64,000 nt of DNA. Source: Camelus ferus (Eukaryota). Made by a program: the position numbers and the translations under genes. The stretch covers positions 86,678,001 through 86,742,000 of the forward strand of contig NC_045696.1 of assembly GCF_009834535.1 (NCBI RefSeq), given 5' to 3'. Each line of letters opens with the position of its first letter. The first letter of the stretch is position 1. The notes under the pieces are model-generated. The model searched no databases. It was not told the origin of the DNA and was given only the letters and a program-made list of their open reading frames with translations. This document shows, one piece after another, positions 25,970-36,690 of the stretch.

Positions 25970-26662
25970 TAGAACAAGGGAAATGTAGAGGTCCAAGAAC
26001 TGTGTTCTCATACATACCAGTGCTGAGAATTAATTAGGAGGAACCAGCAAATGAGGAAGAAAAGCACCCAGTGAATTGGAAGTTGAACCAGGAAAGTGTA
26101 ATACTGTTTGCCAAGAAAAGAGCTTCAGGGAAGAAAGATTTAACTACTATTACAAACGCTGCTAAAGCAAGTTAGCTGTGGACTGAGAACTGACCAACAG
26201 ATGTAGAAAAATAGAGATCAGCTTCTGTGGAATAACAGGGACAAACAGCTGATCTTTTTCAGGAAAGAATGAGCAGGGGAAGGACGTATAGGGTAGTACT
26301 GGTGTGGGCTTTTTAAAGGGAAGAAATCAAAGCATGTTTGAATGCTAATCATACTGATCTGGAAAGGATAGAGAAAATTCATGATGTGGGGAATGCGGAA
26401 AATTGCTGGGGTATTGCATTTAAAAATAAGAGTATTGGATCTTGAGCAAAAACTAGAAGCATTGCTTTGGAAAGGGACTTGGACAATTCATCTGTAGTAA
26501 TAAATGAGAAGTTAGATATGTATACATAGAAGGGAATTAATTATAAAATATGGCAATGAGTTTTTGAAAAACTCTGTTCTAACTCTTATTTTTTTCCACT
26601 GTGGAATAAGAAGCAAAAAGTTCAGCTAAGCAACAGAATAGGAAAAAAGATGATGAAAGCTC
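25970..26662 (-). mobile_element. L2 internal fragment, split by the young L1 and resuming at about 28208-28400
   Basis: ggaaccagcaaatgagg...aaccaggaaagtgtaat...acaaacgctgctaaagcaagt...ggactgagaactgacca are antisense L2 motifs. Confidence 0.6.
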
Positions 26663-26679
26663 AAAGAAAGGAGAAAATT

Positions 26680-28190
26680 CAACACTATAGAGCTACAGTC
26701 ATCAAGGCAGCATGGTATTGGTACAAAAACAGACATATAGACCAATGGAACAGAATAGAGAGCTCAGAAATGAACCCACAAACTTCTGGTCAACTCATCT
26801 TCGACAAAGGAGGCAAGAATATACAATTGAATAAAGACAGTCTCTTCAGCAAACGGTGTTGGGAAAACTGGACAGCAGCATGTAAAACAATGAAGCTAGA
26901 ACACTTCCTTATACCATACACAAAAATCAACTCAAAATGGATTAAAGACTTAAACATAAGACAAGATACAATAAACCTCCTAGAGAAAAATATAGGCAAA
27001 ACATTATCTGACATACATCTCAAAAATTTTCTCCTAGAATAGTCTACTCAAGCAACAGAAATAAAAGCAAGAATCAACAAATGGGACCTAATGAAACTTA
27101 CAAGCTTCTGCACAGCAAAGGAAACCAGAAGTAAAACAAAAAGACAACCTATGGGATGGGAAAAATTTTTTGCAAATGAAACTGACAAAGGCTTGATCTC
27201 CAGAATATATAAGCAGCTCATACGACTCAGTAAGAAGAAAATAAACAACCCAATCCAAAAATAGGCAGAAGACCTAAACAAGCAATCCTCCAAGGAAGAC
27301 ATACAAATGATCAATAGTCACATGAAAAAATGCTCAATATCACTAATTATCAGAGAAATGCAAATGAAAACTATAATGAGGTATCACCTTTCACCAGTCA
27401 GAATGGCCATCATTCAAAAATCCACAAATGACAAATGCTGGAGAGGCTGTGGAGAAAAGGGAACCCTCCTACACTACAGGTGGGAATGCAGTTTGGTGCA
27501 GCCACTGTGGAAAACAGTATGGAGATTCGTCAAAAGACTAGGAATAGACTCACCATATGACCCAGGAATCCCGCTCCTGGGCATATATCCAGAAGAAACC
27601 CTACTTCAGGATGACACCTGCACCCCAATGTTCATAGCAGCATTATTTACAATAGCCAAGACATGGAAACAGCCTAAATGTCCATCAACGGATGACTGGA
27701 TAAAGAAGAGGTGGTAATATTTATACAATGGAATACTACTCAGCCATAAAAACCGACAACATAACGCCATTTGCAGCAACATGGATGCTCTTGGAAAATG
27801 TCATTCTAAGTGAAGTAAGCCAGAAAGAGAAAGAAAAATACCATATGAGATTGCTTATATGTGGAATATGAAAAAAAAAAAAGAAAGAAAAAAAAAGTAT
27901 AAATACAAAACAGAAATGGAGTCACAGACATAGAATACAAACTTGTAGTTGCCAAGGGGGCGGGCGGTGGGAAGAGATAGATTGGGATTTCAAAAATTGT
28001 AGAATAGATAAACAAGATTATACTGTATAGCACAGGGAAATATATACAAGATCTTATGGTAGCTCACAGAGAAAAAAATGTGACAATGAACATATATATG
28101 TTCATGTATAACTGAAAAATTGTGCTATACACTGGAATTTGACACAACATTGTACAATGATTATAAATCAATAAAAAATGTTAAAAAAAG
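26680..28190 (+). mobile_element. Young 5'-truncated LINE-1 (ORF2 C-terminal part, 3' UTR, polyA) with a perfect 17-bp TSD
   Basis: [26 protein letters not shown]..., [43 protein letters not shown] at 28170; TSD AAAGAAAGGAGAAAATT at 26663-26679 and 28191-28207. Confidence 0.97.
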
Positions 28191-28614
28191 AAAGAAAGGA
28201 GAAAATTAAAGGGGAGAAGTGTAAAATTATCTTGGAGAGCAGGAACTAAGAAAATGTCATAATTTACAGGCAGTATCAACTTGAATTCGGTGACTATAAA
28301 TTTAAAGGATTATCATGTAGCATGGTCTCGTGTTTTACTCTAGTCAGTTTCAGATACAAGAACTCATGTGATGAGCAGGCAATATGGCATTAAACCACAT
28401 TTGTGGCAGAAAAAAACAGAAAAAGTATATGGCGAGTTAAATTTAAGCTGTTAATGTAAATTCATTTTCCCAAACTGTAAAATAAATCTAGATATTAAAT
28501 AGCTGAGGTTATATTTATTCTACTTTGCTCTATCAAGTCACATGGAACATACAGTATCAGGGAATCAATTTATGCACCAGGAGATAGTGCAGTGCAGTGT
28601 GGTGCTGAGGGAAG

Positions 28615-28855
28615 ATGTAGAATATCATAGTTATGAGAAAAGCTGGGTAGTTAAATCAATCTAGAATGAATCATAGCTTTAAAACTATTCTGGGAACATG
28701 GGTACTTTAAATTCTCTCAGTCTCAGTTTCTTTACGTCTTTTTTTTTTTTTTTACTTTAATTATAAGTGTGATGTGAAAACTGAATGATAATTATGTGAA
28801 ATATTTAGCAATGCTTTTGTTGAGATTAGATCATCAATTATGTATAGTTTATTAT
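28615..28855 (+). mobile_element. Degraded MIR
   Basis: catgggtactttaaattctctcagtctcagtttcttta...gtgaaaactgaatgataattatgtgaaatatttagca. Confidence 0.5.
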
Positions 28856-29441
28856 GACTAGGATTATTCCTCTATATGCAATCACATCTTTTCTGTTTAC
28901 AGTCATCTTACTTACACCTTTGTCATACCTTCTCCCAGTCACCACATATCTCCGCTGCAAAATTGCCTTAACATTTCACCCATGATTTCATGATATACCA
29001 CTAGTTGCCCCTTGCTCTTTTGACATTTTTGGTTAAATTCATCCTGAGGACATTCAGATGATATTTTCTAATGGAATAACAAAGGTTAGAGAACTTTTTC
29101 CTGATCTAGCCATTCTGAAACACAAAAGGTCACTTAAAAATTAATTTTTCAAAAAAATTTACATCAAGGTAACTTTTTCCTATACATTTTAAATACACAT
29201 ATTTATTACACAAGTTTATCTCATCTTACACAGATTTTTCACTTTTGCACATTCCATAAGAAATTTATATGACTAATTTCAGACATAAAATGATATAAAA
29301 TCATTCATTAAAATGTTCAAAGTAGATGTCAGTAAAGTCATCATTTACTGATATATTAAACCAATCTACGTATTTGTTAATAAAAATGTCTGATAGTTTA
29401 TCAACTGAAAGTGATATCTGTAGATTTTGACAAATAGAATT

Positions 29442-29559
29442 TATTTATTTATGTATTTATTTATTTATTTTTTATTTTTTAATGGGGGTACTGGGAATTG
29501 AACCCAGGACCTCGTGCATACTAAGCACATGCTCTACCACTGAGCTACACCCTCCCTCC
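29442..29559 (-). mobile_element. tRNA-Ala-derived SINE (Vic-1-like), short form, with a 15-bp TSD
   Basis: Minus strand ggagggagggtgtagctcagtggtagagcatgtgcttagtatgcacgaggtcctgggttcaattcccagtaccccc plus A-rich tail; TSD TTGACAAA[T/C]AGAATT at 29427-29441 and 29560-29574. Confidence 0.93.
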
Positions 29560-30898
29560 TTGACAAACAGAATTATATTAATTTTAATTTAAGTCATTAG
29601 TTTCATATTGCAGAATATTCTGAATAATTTGAATAACATCAGGATAATCACTGATTTAAATTTAAATTTCATTTGATTTTTTTTTTAGTTACCTATGAAG
29701 CTGGGTAAAATGTATTTTATTTATTTTTTATTTATGAGAATTTATTTATGAGAATATTCTAAGACTCAGGGGATTCTATTTCATCAATGCCATCCACAGC
29801 CAGCATCATATCTAAGCGTGCTATTGAGCATGACTGCTCCAGTATTCTGTGAGAGGAGGATCTTCAAGCTCTGGTAGTTGAGGTGGATACTGATAAAGAA
29901 CACTGTTCAGGAAAAGGAGGAAGAAAAGCAATAAGAGAGTGATAAGAAACAGACAGATGCAGGTTAGATTTTTCCTCATCAACAGAGCTGAACACCAGAG
30001 GTCAAATGAAGAGTCAGGCCTTTCATCTGATCCCCTTGAGAAAGCAAAGTAGATTAAAGCAATAGTATACCTACAGGCTCAGGCATGCACGTAATACTAT
30101 TCTGGGAAAACAGATCCCTTTTTCTTTAAAAAAAAAAAAATCCCAACCTCTGCTCCCAGATGCTTGCAACAATTTTTCAGTGAAAAAATATAAGAACTTT
30201 TTAAAATGTCATGTTAGAAATATAAATCTTAACCTTGAAACTTTCCATTTCTAAAAATACTGTTTTAATTGGAAGGAGATGGGGGTGGTGGTGGTGGAAG
30301 ATTCCGCTATAATTGGAAATGCAAAGATTATGTGTAACGGAGGAGATAAGCTGCCTGAGAAAGTCTTTGTGAGCTGCACAATCTTCCTTAGACTGTGGTT
30401 GTTTTATTTCATCTCTATGTTGACAAAAATTTCTTGATAAAGAGTTTTAGGTCCTGCCTATCTGCACTGGGGCTCAGCTTCATAGGAGTTCTGTCTATAA
30501 GCATCTACAAAGTAATTGAACTATAATAAAGTGTCACCCTTGTGAAAATCTTTAATGTTTACAAACTCTTCCTCTTGAGGGTCCTTAAAATGTTTTATTA
30601 ATTATACAATTAAGACTGACAATTCTGAAATTAAGAAACACTTGGTATATACTTCAAAACCATTAGGAGATCATTATTCAGGGTATTTTCTGAATTATTT
30701 TAAAACGTTCTCTTCTAAGGCTTTTATTTTCTTTCAGTGATCTTGAGAATGGTTTTGATACATAACCTTTTTTATTATGAAAACTTTCTACCACCTAATT
30801 TTTGACAGTTACCTTAATACAATACATTCGTGCATAAATACAGTGGGTCAAAATAGTTTCCCTTTTACATTTCAAGTAAATCTTTCTCAAAGACCCTT

Positions 30899-31516
30899 TG
30901 AGACAGGAAGGGGGCAGAGCACAGCCATTCAAGGAATGCTACAGCAATTAACATCAAAATGGTGGAAGATTCAACCCCCAGTAGGCCTTGAGGCTCCAGA
31001 TGGTGGGAGATTTAACTTCTAGCAGAACTTGAGCTTCATCATACGCTCATTTTAATATATTAATATGGTGAATAACACGCCCACAGGCACCATGGCAGTC
31101 CCAAGGCTAGCCACAAAAACAAAGAGTGGAAAATGGCCAACTTCCTGGGAATCCCGGCCCCTTCCCCAGGCTAGTCAGACTGGTCCTTCCACTAATTAGC
31201 ATATGAAGCCACTGAGCCCATAAAAACTGGCAACACTGTGCCTCGGTGCCTCGCGGCTGCCGCCCCCTCCCACACTTTGTCTATGGAGTGTGTATCTACT
31301 TTTAATCTGAGCACCCAACCCCCACACCTCGTGGCCTTTCTCTTGCCTTTCAATGTATCTCTCTTAATAAATCTATCTTTACTCAACTGTGGCTCGCTCT
31401 TGAATTCTTCCCTGAGCGAAGCCAAGAACCCACATTTGGCGGGGCATGTCCCAGGGGCTCAACCAAAGCCTGGGACATGGCCCTCCTCATGCCTCACATC
31501 CGTTTTTCCTGCATCA
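30899..31516 (+). mobile_element. MER41-like ERV1 solo LTR
   Basis: TG...CA ends; blocks acacgcccacaggcaccatggcagt, ttagcatat...ccataaaaactggcaac, ctatggagt, cttaataaa...tgaattcttccctgagcgaagccaagaaccc are collinear with MER41; AATAAA at 31366. Confidence 0.85.
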
Positions 31517-32234
31517 CTTCATTAATCAACAGTGCATTTAACAAGATTTTAAAGTTACCATTTTTTAGTATTCAGTTTAATTCACCCAATCCATTGGCCT
31601 AACATCAAGTTTCCCAAAACTCGAAATCACAGTAAATATAAACTTTGTTTTATATAAGGGAACTTTTCATCTTTCCTGAATCAGGATTGGTTATCTTTCT
31701 CTAAAGAGACTTTATATTTTTATTGTCTGTAGAAGAAGCAGCATCCTCTCATAGGCTTTTGGAATATAACAGGGATTCCCAACTTCTCAGACTGTTGCTT
31801 CCCCTTGTGTATTTACTATAAAGTAGATTATTCTCACCTGTATGTTTGCATTTATAAACCTGCACACCTCAGGAAAGAAAAAAATATTTGTGGTTTTTGA
31901 GTTTCAATATAGAACTTGCTTAAATCTACTAATCAGAAGATGGACTATGGCTCAGGGGTATAGTGTTGCATTTTAAGGATACGTACTCCTAGATGGCAGA
32001 TTTCTCATGAAAATTTACAAGCTTTTTCTTTCCTTTAAACCTAGCACATATTATGGTGCCTGCATAAGATAGAGTGGGTGCTCAGTAAATATTTTTAGTG
32101 CAGTGTTAAATAGATAGCAAGAACAATTAAAGATATGTAAGTGGCTACACTAAAATATATATATAGATACCCATATTATTTCAAAATATTTATATCTACA
32201 ACTACTCAAAATTAGTTAAATCCCACTGGGAGAC

Positions 32235-32682
32235 AGAAAAAAAAATAGAATATTCATAATTTCTAAGCTAAAGTTCCAGATCAGTAAACAAAGGGTGTTG
32301 CAGCCATCAAGCCATGAGCCACTGCAGTTGTCCTCAACTGTGCACCCTGAAGGGATTAAGGATGGCCCTAGATAGTTGAGGTGCATATCAAAGGAATGAT
32401 TTCATTGAGCCAGACTTGCATCTTCCCATACATAGAAAAGCACTAAATTCATTAACTTGAGCTGTCTAGTTTTCTTTAATTGATGGTAAACTTCTGATGT
32501 TTCAACTACCTGGTTTTTGTTGCAAAACTCCTATATAGCCTGGCTTCACCCTTACCTCTTCAGAGCAGTCTCTCACAGCTGTCTATCTAAGAGGCTGTCT
32601 TCTGAGATTAAGCCTTCAGTTTTGTCCGCCAAATAAAACGTAATTCTCAACTTTTAGGTTGAGTACTTTTTTTCAGTTGACA
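32235..32682 (+). mobile_element. ERV1-like solo LTR
   Basis: TATATA at 32532, AATAAA at 32632, end ctcaacttttaggttg...tttcagttgaca; candidate 4-bp TSD AGAC at 32231-32234 and 32683-32686 (initial TG appears mutated to AG). Confidence 0.8.
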
Positions 32683-33419
32683 AGACAAACTGCTTTCCCT
32701 TTAGATCAGCAATAACCTCTATTAGATGTGAGAACTCAGTTGTCTTTGAAAGTTGTCAGCCATGGTCCTTTCTTCCAGATAGAAACATAACTAGTAGAGA
32801 TTATTTAACCTAGGTCATAGCATTTCAAGCATAACTGAAATGTATAGGCCTGTCCTCAAATTTGCAGAGTCTGAAGCCCATCTAATATATATCATAATAT
32901 TTAAGCTATTAAGTAATAAGTCAAATTACATGCACAGCTAGCCTTCTTTTCTACCTAGGGCTCCCATTTTTCCTTCCTTGGATAGCCAACAGATCCTAGG
33001 GCATCACCTTTTCAGAAGAGAGACAAAAGGAGTAGAGCTTCTCTCAGCAGCCAGAGAGACTGAGAGGTGGCAGGGATGTGAGAGGACAAGAGATCTATGA
33101 ATGGAAGCTGTGCCCTGGGTCACAAGACTGCTCAGTAACTTTCAAATGGGGATGACTAACTAAAGGGAGCACAAGCTCCCTTTAGAGGAGGGGTAGGCAG
33201 GATTTCCTTATCTACTTCTTACTTTAAAAACTGTTAGTTTTAAGCAATGGAACGGAGAAGAGGAAGCGAACACAGCAATGTAGGAAAGCTGGTTGGTCCT
33301 GATACCTATTTTGGTTGATTCGGGTGGCCTCTTTTAAGAGAAAGCAGTCCCTCCTCTTAGGGTTTCCCAGGGTAGTGCTTGTGATTGTTTCTTTTTCTTG
33401 CGTACACTCAAGTGGGGGT

Positions 33420-33914
33420 TGTCAAATAAAAATTGCGGTGGACAGAGTTAAACAGCCAAGGAAGACTACATTTGAGACTACTTGCAATAGGGGAGATTAA
33501 ATTCAACTCCTCTGAAATAAAAGGCAGAAAAATTTTTAAACGCTGAAGTAAGCAAATGAAAAAGTACTAGAGGATATTAGACGGTAGGTTGGTCACTGTG
33601 ATTAAGCTATCTCTGTTTGTTAATTGTTGCTTATTGAAGTCAGTCTCCTACTCGCCCACAGAGACTGGGAGAAAAGGGCTCTACCTCCTTAAGAGACTGC
33701 AATTCAAAAGGATGACTCCCAGTTCCTTGAGAAATAAATTTCTGGGTTTTAAACAAAAAGCTGAGAGAAGATTTACATTTCAGAAGGGTGCAGGAAAAAT
33801 CTGCAATTACCAATTTTTTAAGCAAATGCTCTAAGGAAAGGGAGGTATGAAGCAGAGCCAGGAAGCCTATTAAAGTCTAGCCAAGCTGAGGGGAATTTTA
33901 AGGCATCATGATCA
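33420..33914 (-). mobile_element. ERV1 solo LTR, MER67/MER31-group-like
   Basis: Minus strand starts tgatcatgatgccttaaaattcccctcagcttggctagacttta and ends tttatttgaca. Confidence 0.75.
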
Positions 33915-35079
33915 GAGAATCAGATTTGTTTGTACATAGTAGCATCTTGGTCTTGAGCTGTACATTTAAATAAACTAAAAATAAAATATTCACATTCACT
34001 GATTCACTATGTATTCATTCATCCAACACTATAAACCAGCCTCATGATTGAACATAAATTATCATGTCCAAGAGGACTAGAAATCAGAATTAAAATATTC
34101 AGTCCAGTAATCTATTAAAAATAATTTACAATGATAGTGACTAAGTGATAGTCATGTTATCTTCTATTGATGATATCCAATCTAAATAATTGTGTTGGTA
34201 TAGATAATTTATTACAGTGGGCATAAAGTAAGTGAAAAACTATAAAATTTCAGTATTAGTGAGTTCTAAATAATAGAGGAAAAATGTGATCCATTGAATC
34301 ACTAGAAATCTTGAACTTACACATGCCCTGGAAACAGATAGTTCAAATAGGCTTCACAAGTACATCTATGACTATTAAGCTTTGGGAACCACACATTGTA
34401 GATGATGGGCTAGAGATGCTCCAAGGTCAGGTGCATGGGCACTAACAGAAGGTCCTGGAAGGCAGCAAATAAACAAGAAAGAAAGAAATGTGGACTATGG
34501 AAAATATGCATCAAAAGGCAAAGGCATTTTCTTTCCAGGCCCTTGACCAGGCCAGGCCATTTCCCTCTCTGCAAGAATGTGTATATTCTCACCTCAGGCT
34601 ACTTCTTCCCCACAAAATGAATGACTAGGTGCTCTGTTCTCCATTCTGCCCATTGGGAAGATTTTCCCACTCTAGTGTCTTTCAGGGCCATACTGAATGT
34701 GGTCGTGAGGCAGTGGTTTACATATTCATCTTGCCCACACATATCAAGCCAAATCATCCATAATCTAGCTCAGGCTTTTCTTTCGTCTTCAGCTGATCTG
34801 ATGGTACATCCCAGAAAGCAATAGGTTCAAGACCTGGGAACAGCTGTGTGGAGGTCTTGAATACCACCTAACACAGCTTCCTCATGCCCTTTCCTTCTGT
34901 TCACTCTTGGTCTCAGGTGTACCATTTGCATCTACTGCTGGCTTATTAGACCTTGTAACTTGGCAGGTCATCAATACCCAGTGCAGAATGGGTCATTCTG
35001 AAGGATAGTTATTTGGTGTCCCATGATCAAATGTTCTATCTACAAAGTTCACATTTTGCAGTTATTTGTGAGGTATTGC

Positions 35080-35520
35080 TAGTCTTTTAGAAACTAGAAT
35101 AATTCTTCAGAGTTTCTTTGTCTTTTGTGACCTTTATATTTCTAAACAGCACAGGTCATTTATATTGTAGGATGTTCCCCAGTGATGTTTCTTCATGATT
35201 AGATTTAGGTTGTACAGTTTACGTAGTGATAGTTCTAAAGTGATGCGTTCTCAGTGTATCACAATCAGGGGGGAAGTGATACTGATTTGTCCCCAAAGTT
35301 GATGATGTTAAATGTAACCACTTGGTTAAGACTTAGCACCATCATTCCTTTGCACTTCTTCGCCAGAACTAGAACTGGATTCAGTGGATTCTCAAAAAAA
35401 ACCTTGTTTCTTTTTAGTGTTGAATGGTATTCAAAGACCAAAATCTGCATGCTAGGGATGGTCATCTATGGGGTATTTATGTCATTGATTTTAGGCCCTT
35501 TCGTCAGAAAAATCCAGAAA
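35080..35520 (-). mobile_element. L1MC-type 3' fragment
   Basis: ttgtaggatgttcccc...gatgtttcttcatgattagatttaggttg...gatgatgttaaatgtaaccacttggttaag. Confidence 0.65.
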
Positions 35521-35541
35521 CAGATGGGTATTATAGGGAAT

Positions 35542-36029
35542 TGTGAGTTCTGAAATTTTACTCTACTTGAAAGCTAAGTTAAACTAAGAAGTTAGCTTGA
35601 ATGGATTTATAGATGCAGGCAGAGAACACAGGATACCCAGATCCAAGGACTTTGCTCCTCATGGCATAGTAGGCATCAAGAACTTCATATTCCCATCAGT
35701 TCCTCTTGCCCCCAAGCCTCTCAGGGTGATTCAGAGGTAGATCCAGGTGGATACTGTCCACATAGTAGGTTTTGTGTCATGATTGAGGAAACATGACCTA
35801 AGGGAAACTTTCAAAATTATAAGGTAGTTGCTAGCAAATCTGCCCAAATTTGGCCCTGGACTGAGTCTTTACTACCTTGATCAGAGGGAGCAAAGGAGAT
35901 CCTATATTTATCCCCTCAGAGTTAATGCTGCAAAAATAGTCTTGGAGAGCTACTTGGGACAGATGCTTTTAACACTTTTTCTCAGACAATAGGCAAAAAT
36001 GGAAGAGATTCATAGAGAATTCTCTACCA
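35542..36029 (-). mobile_element. ERVL LTR, MER74-like
   Basis: tgtgagttctgaaattttactctacttgaaagctaa...agttagcttg...atagatgcaggcagagaacac...gagattcatagagaattctctacca. Confidence 0.7.
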
Positions 36030-36249
36030 TCAAATGTGTTTGTTCAACTGTGTAAAGAGTTTATATAGATAATTCTAATTACAATCCACAGTACATTCTA
36101 CACTTTTTCTTTTTCCATATTTGTGACTCTTTTCTGGTTCCTGTTATTTTTAGTGTTTTTACTTATCATCTAATGCCTTGAATGTATGGAAAATAAGATT
36201 TGCCAACCTATACTACAGAAGAAAGCAAGATACTAAATAAAATTCATTA

Positions 36250-36690
36250 TTTTATAGTTTTTTTAAAGAAAATTTGCAAACTTTTACTGCATATATTTTA
36301 AATGTAGAATTTAATGTATTGATGAGTACATACACCTTTGCACCTTTGTTCTCATCACTCTAAAAAGTTCTCTCATACTCAGTCTTAGTCACCTACTTCC
36401 ACCTTTTTCCGAATATTTCTACCATAGGTTATTTGTTTCTGTTCTAGAACTTCACATAAAGGAATAAAATCATATGTATATTTCTCTTGATTTTTTTCAC
36501 TCGGTATAATAATATCTGTGATATTCATACAAATGTTTGTATGCATCAGATACTTATTCTTTTTCATTTGCTAAGTGGCATCATTCTCTTGTATGAAAAT
36601 AGCACAATTTGATTATTTATTCTCTTTTAATGGATATTTGGCTTATTTCTGTTTTTTTATTTCTCTGGGGTAAAATCCTAAGAATAAAAT
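36250..36690 (-). mobile_element. Old L1 (L1ME/L1MB-like) 3' fragment
   Basis: ctgttctagaacttcacataaaggaataaaatcatatgta...gcacaatttgattatttattctcttttaatggatatttgg. Confidence 0.7.

Noticed and set aside
26650..27717. ORFs of 130 and 136 aa as a functional gene
   Set aside because: They are pieces of a 5'-truncated L1 ORF2 broken by stops and frameshifts, with no endonuclease, RT core or promoter
31192..31525. Overlapping 77 and 95 aa ORFs
   Set aside because: Entirely within the MER41-like LTR; chance frames
30899..33914. A single provirus bounded by paired LTRs
   Set aside because: The LTRs are unrelated in sequence, differ in orientation, and no primer-binding site or gag/pol/env remnant is evident between them
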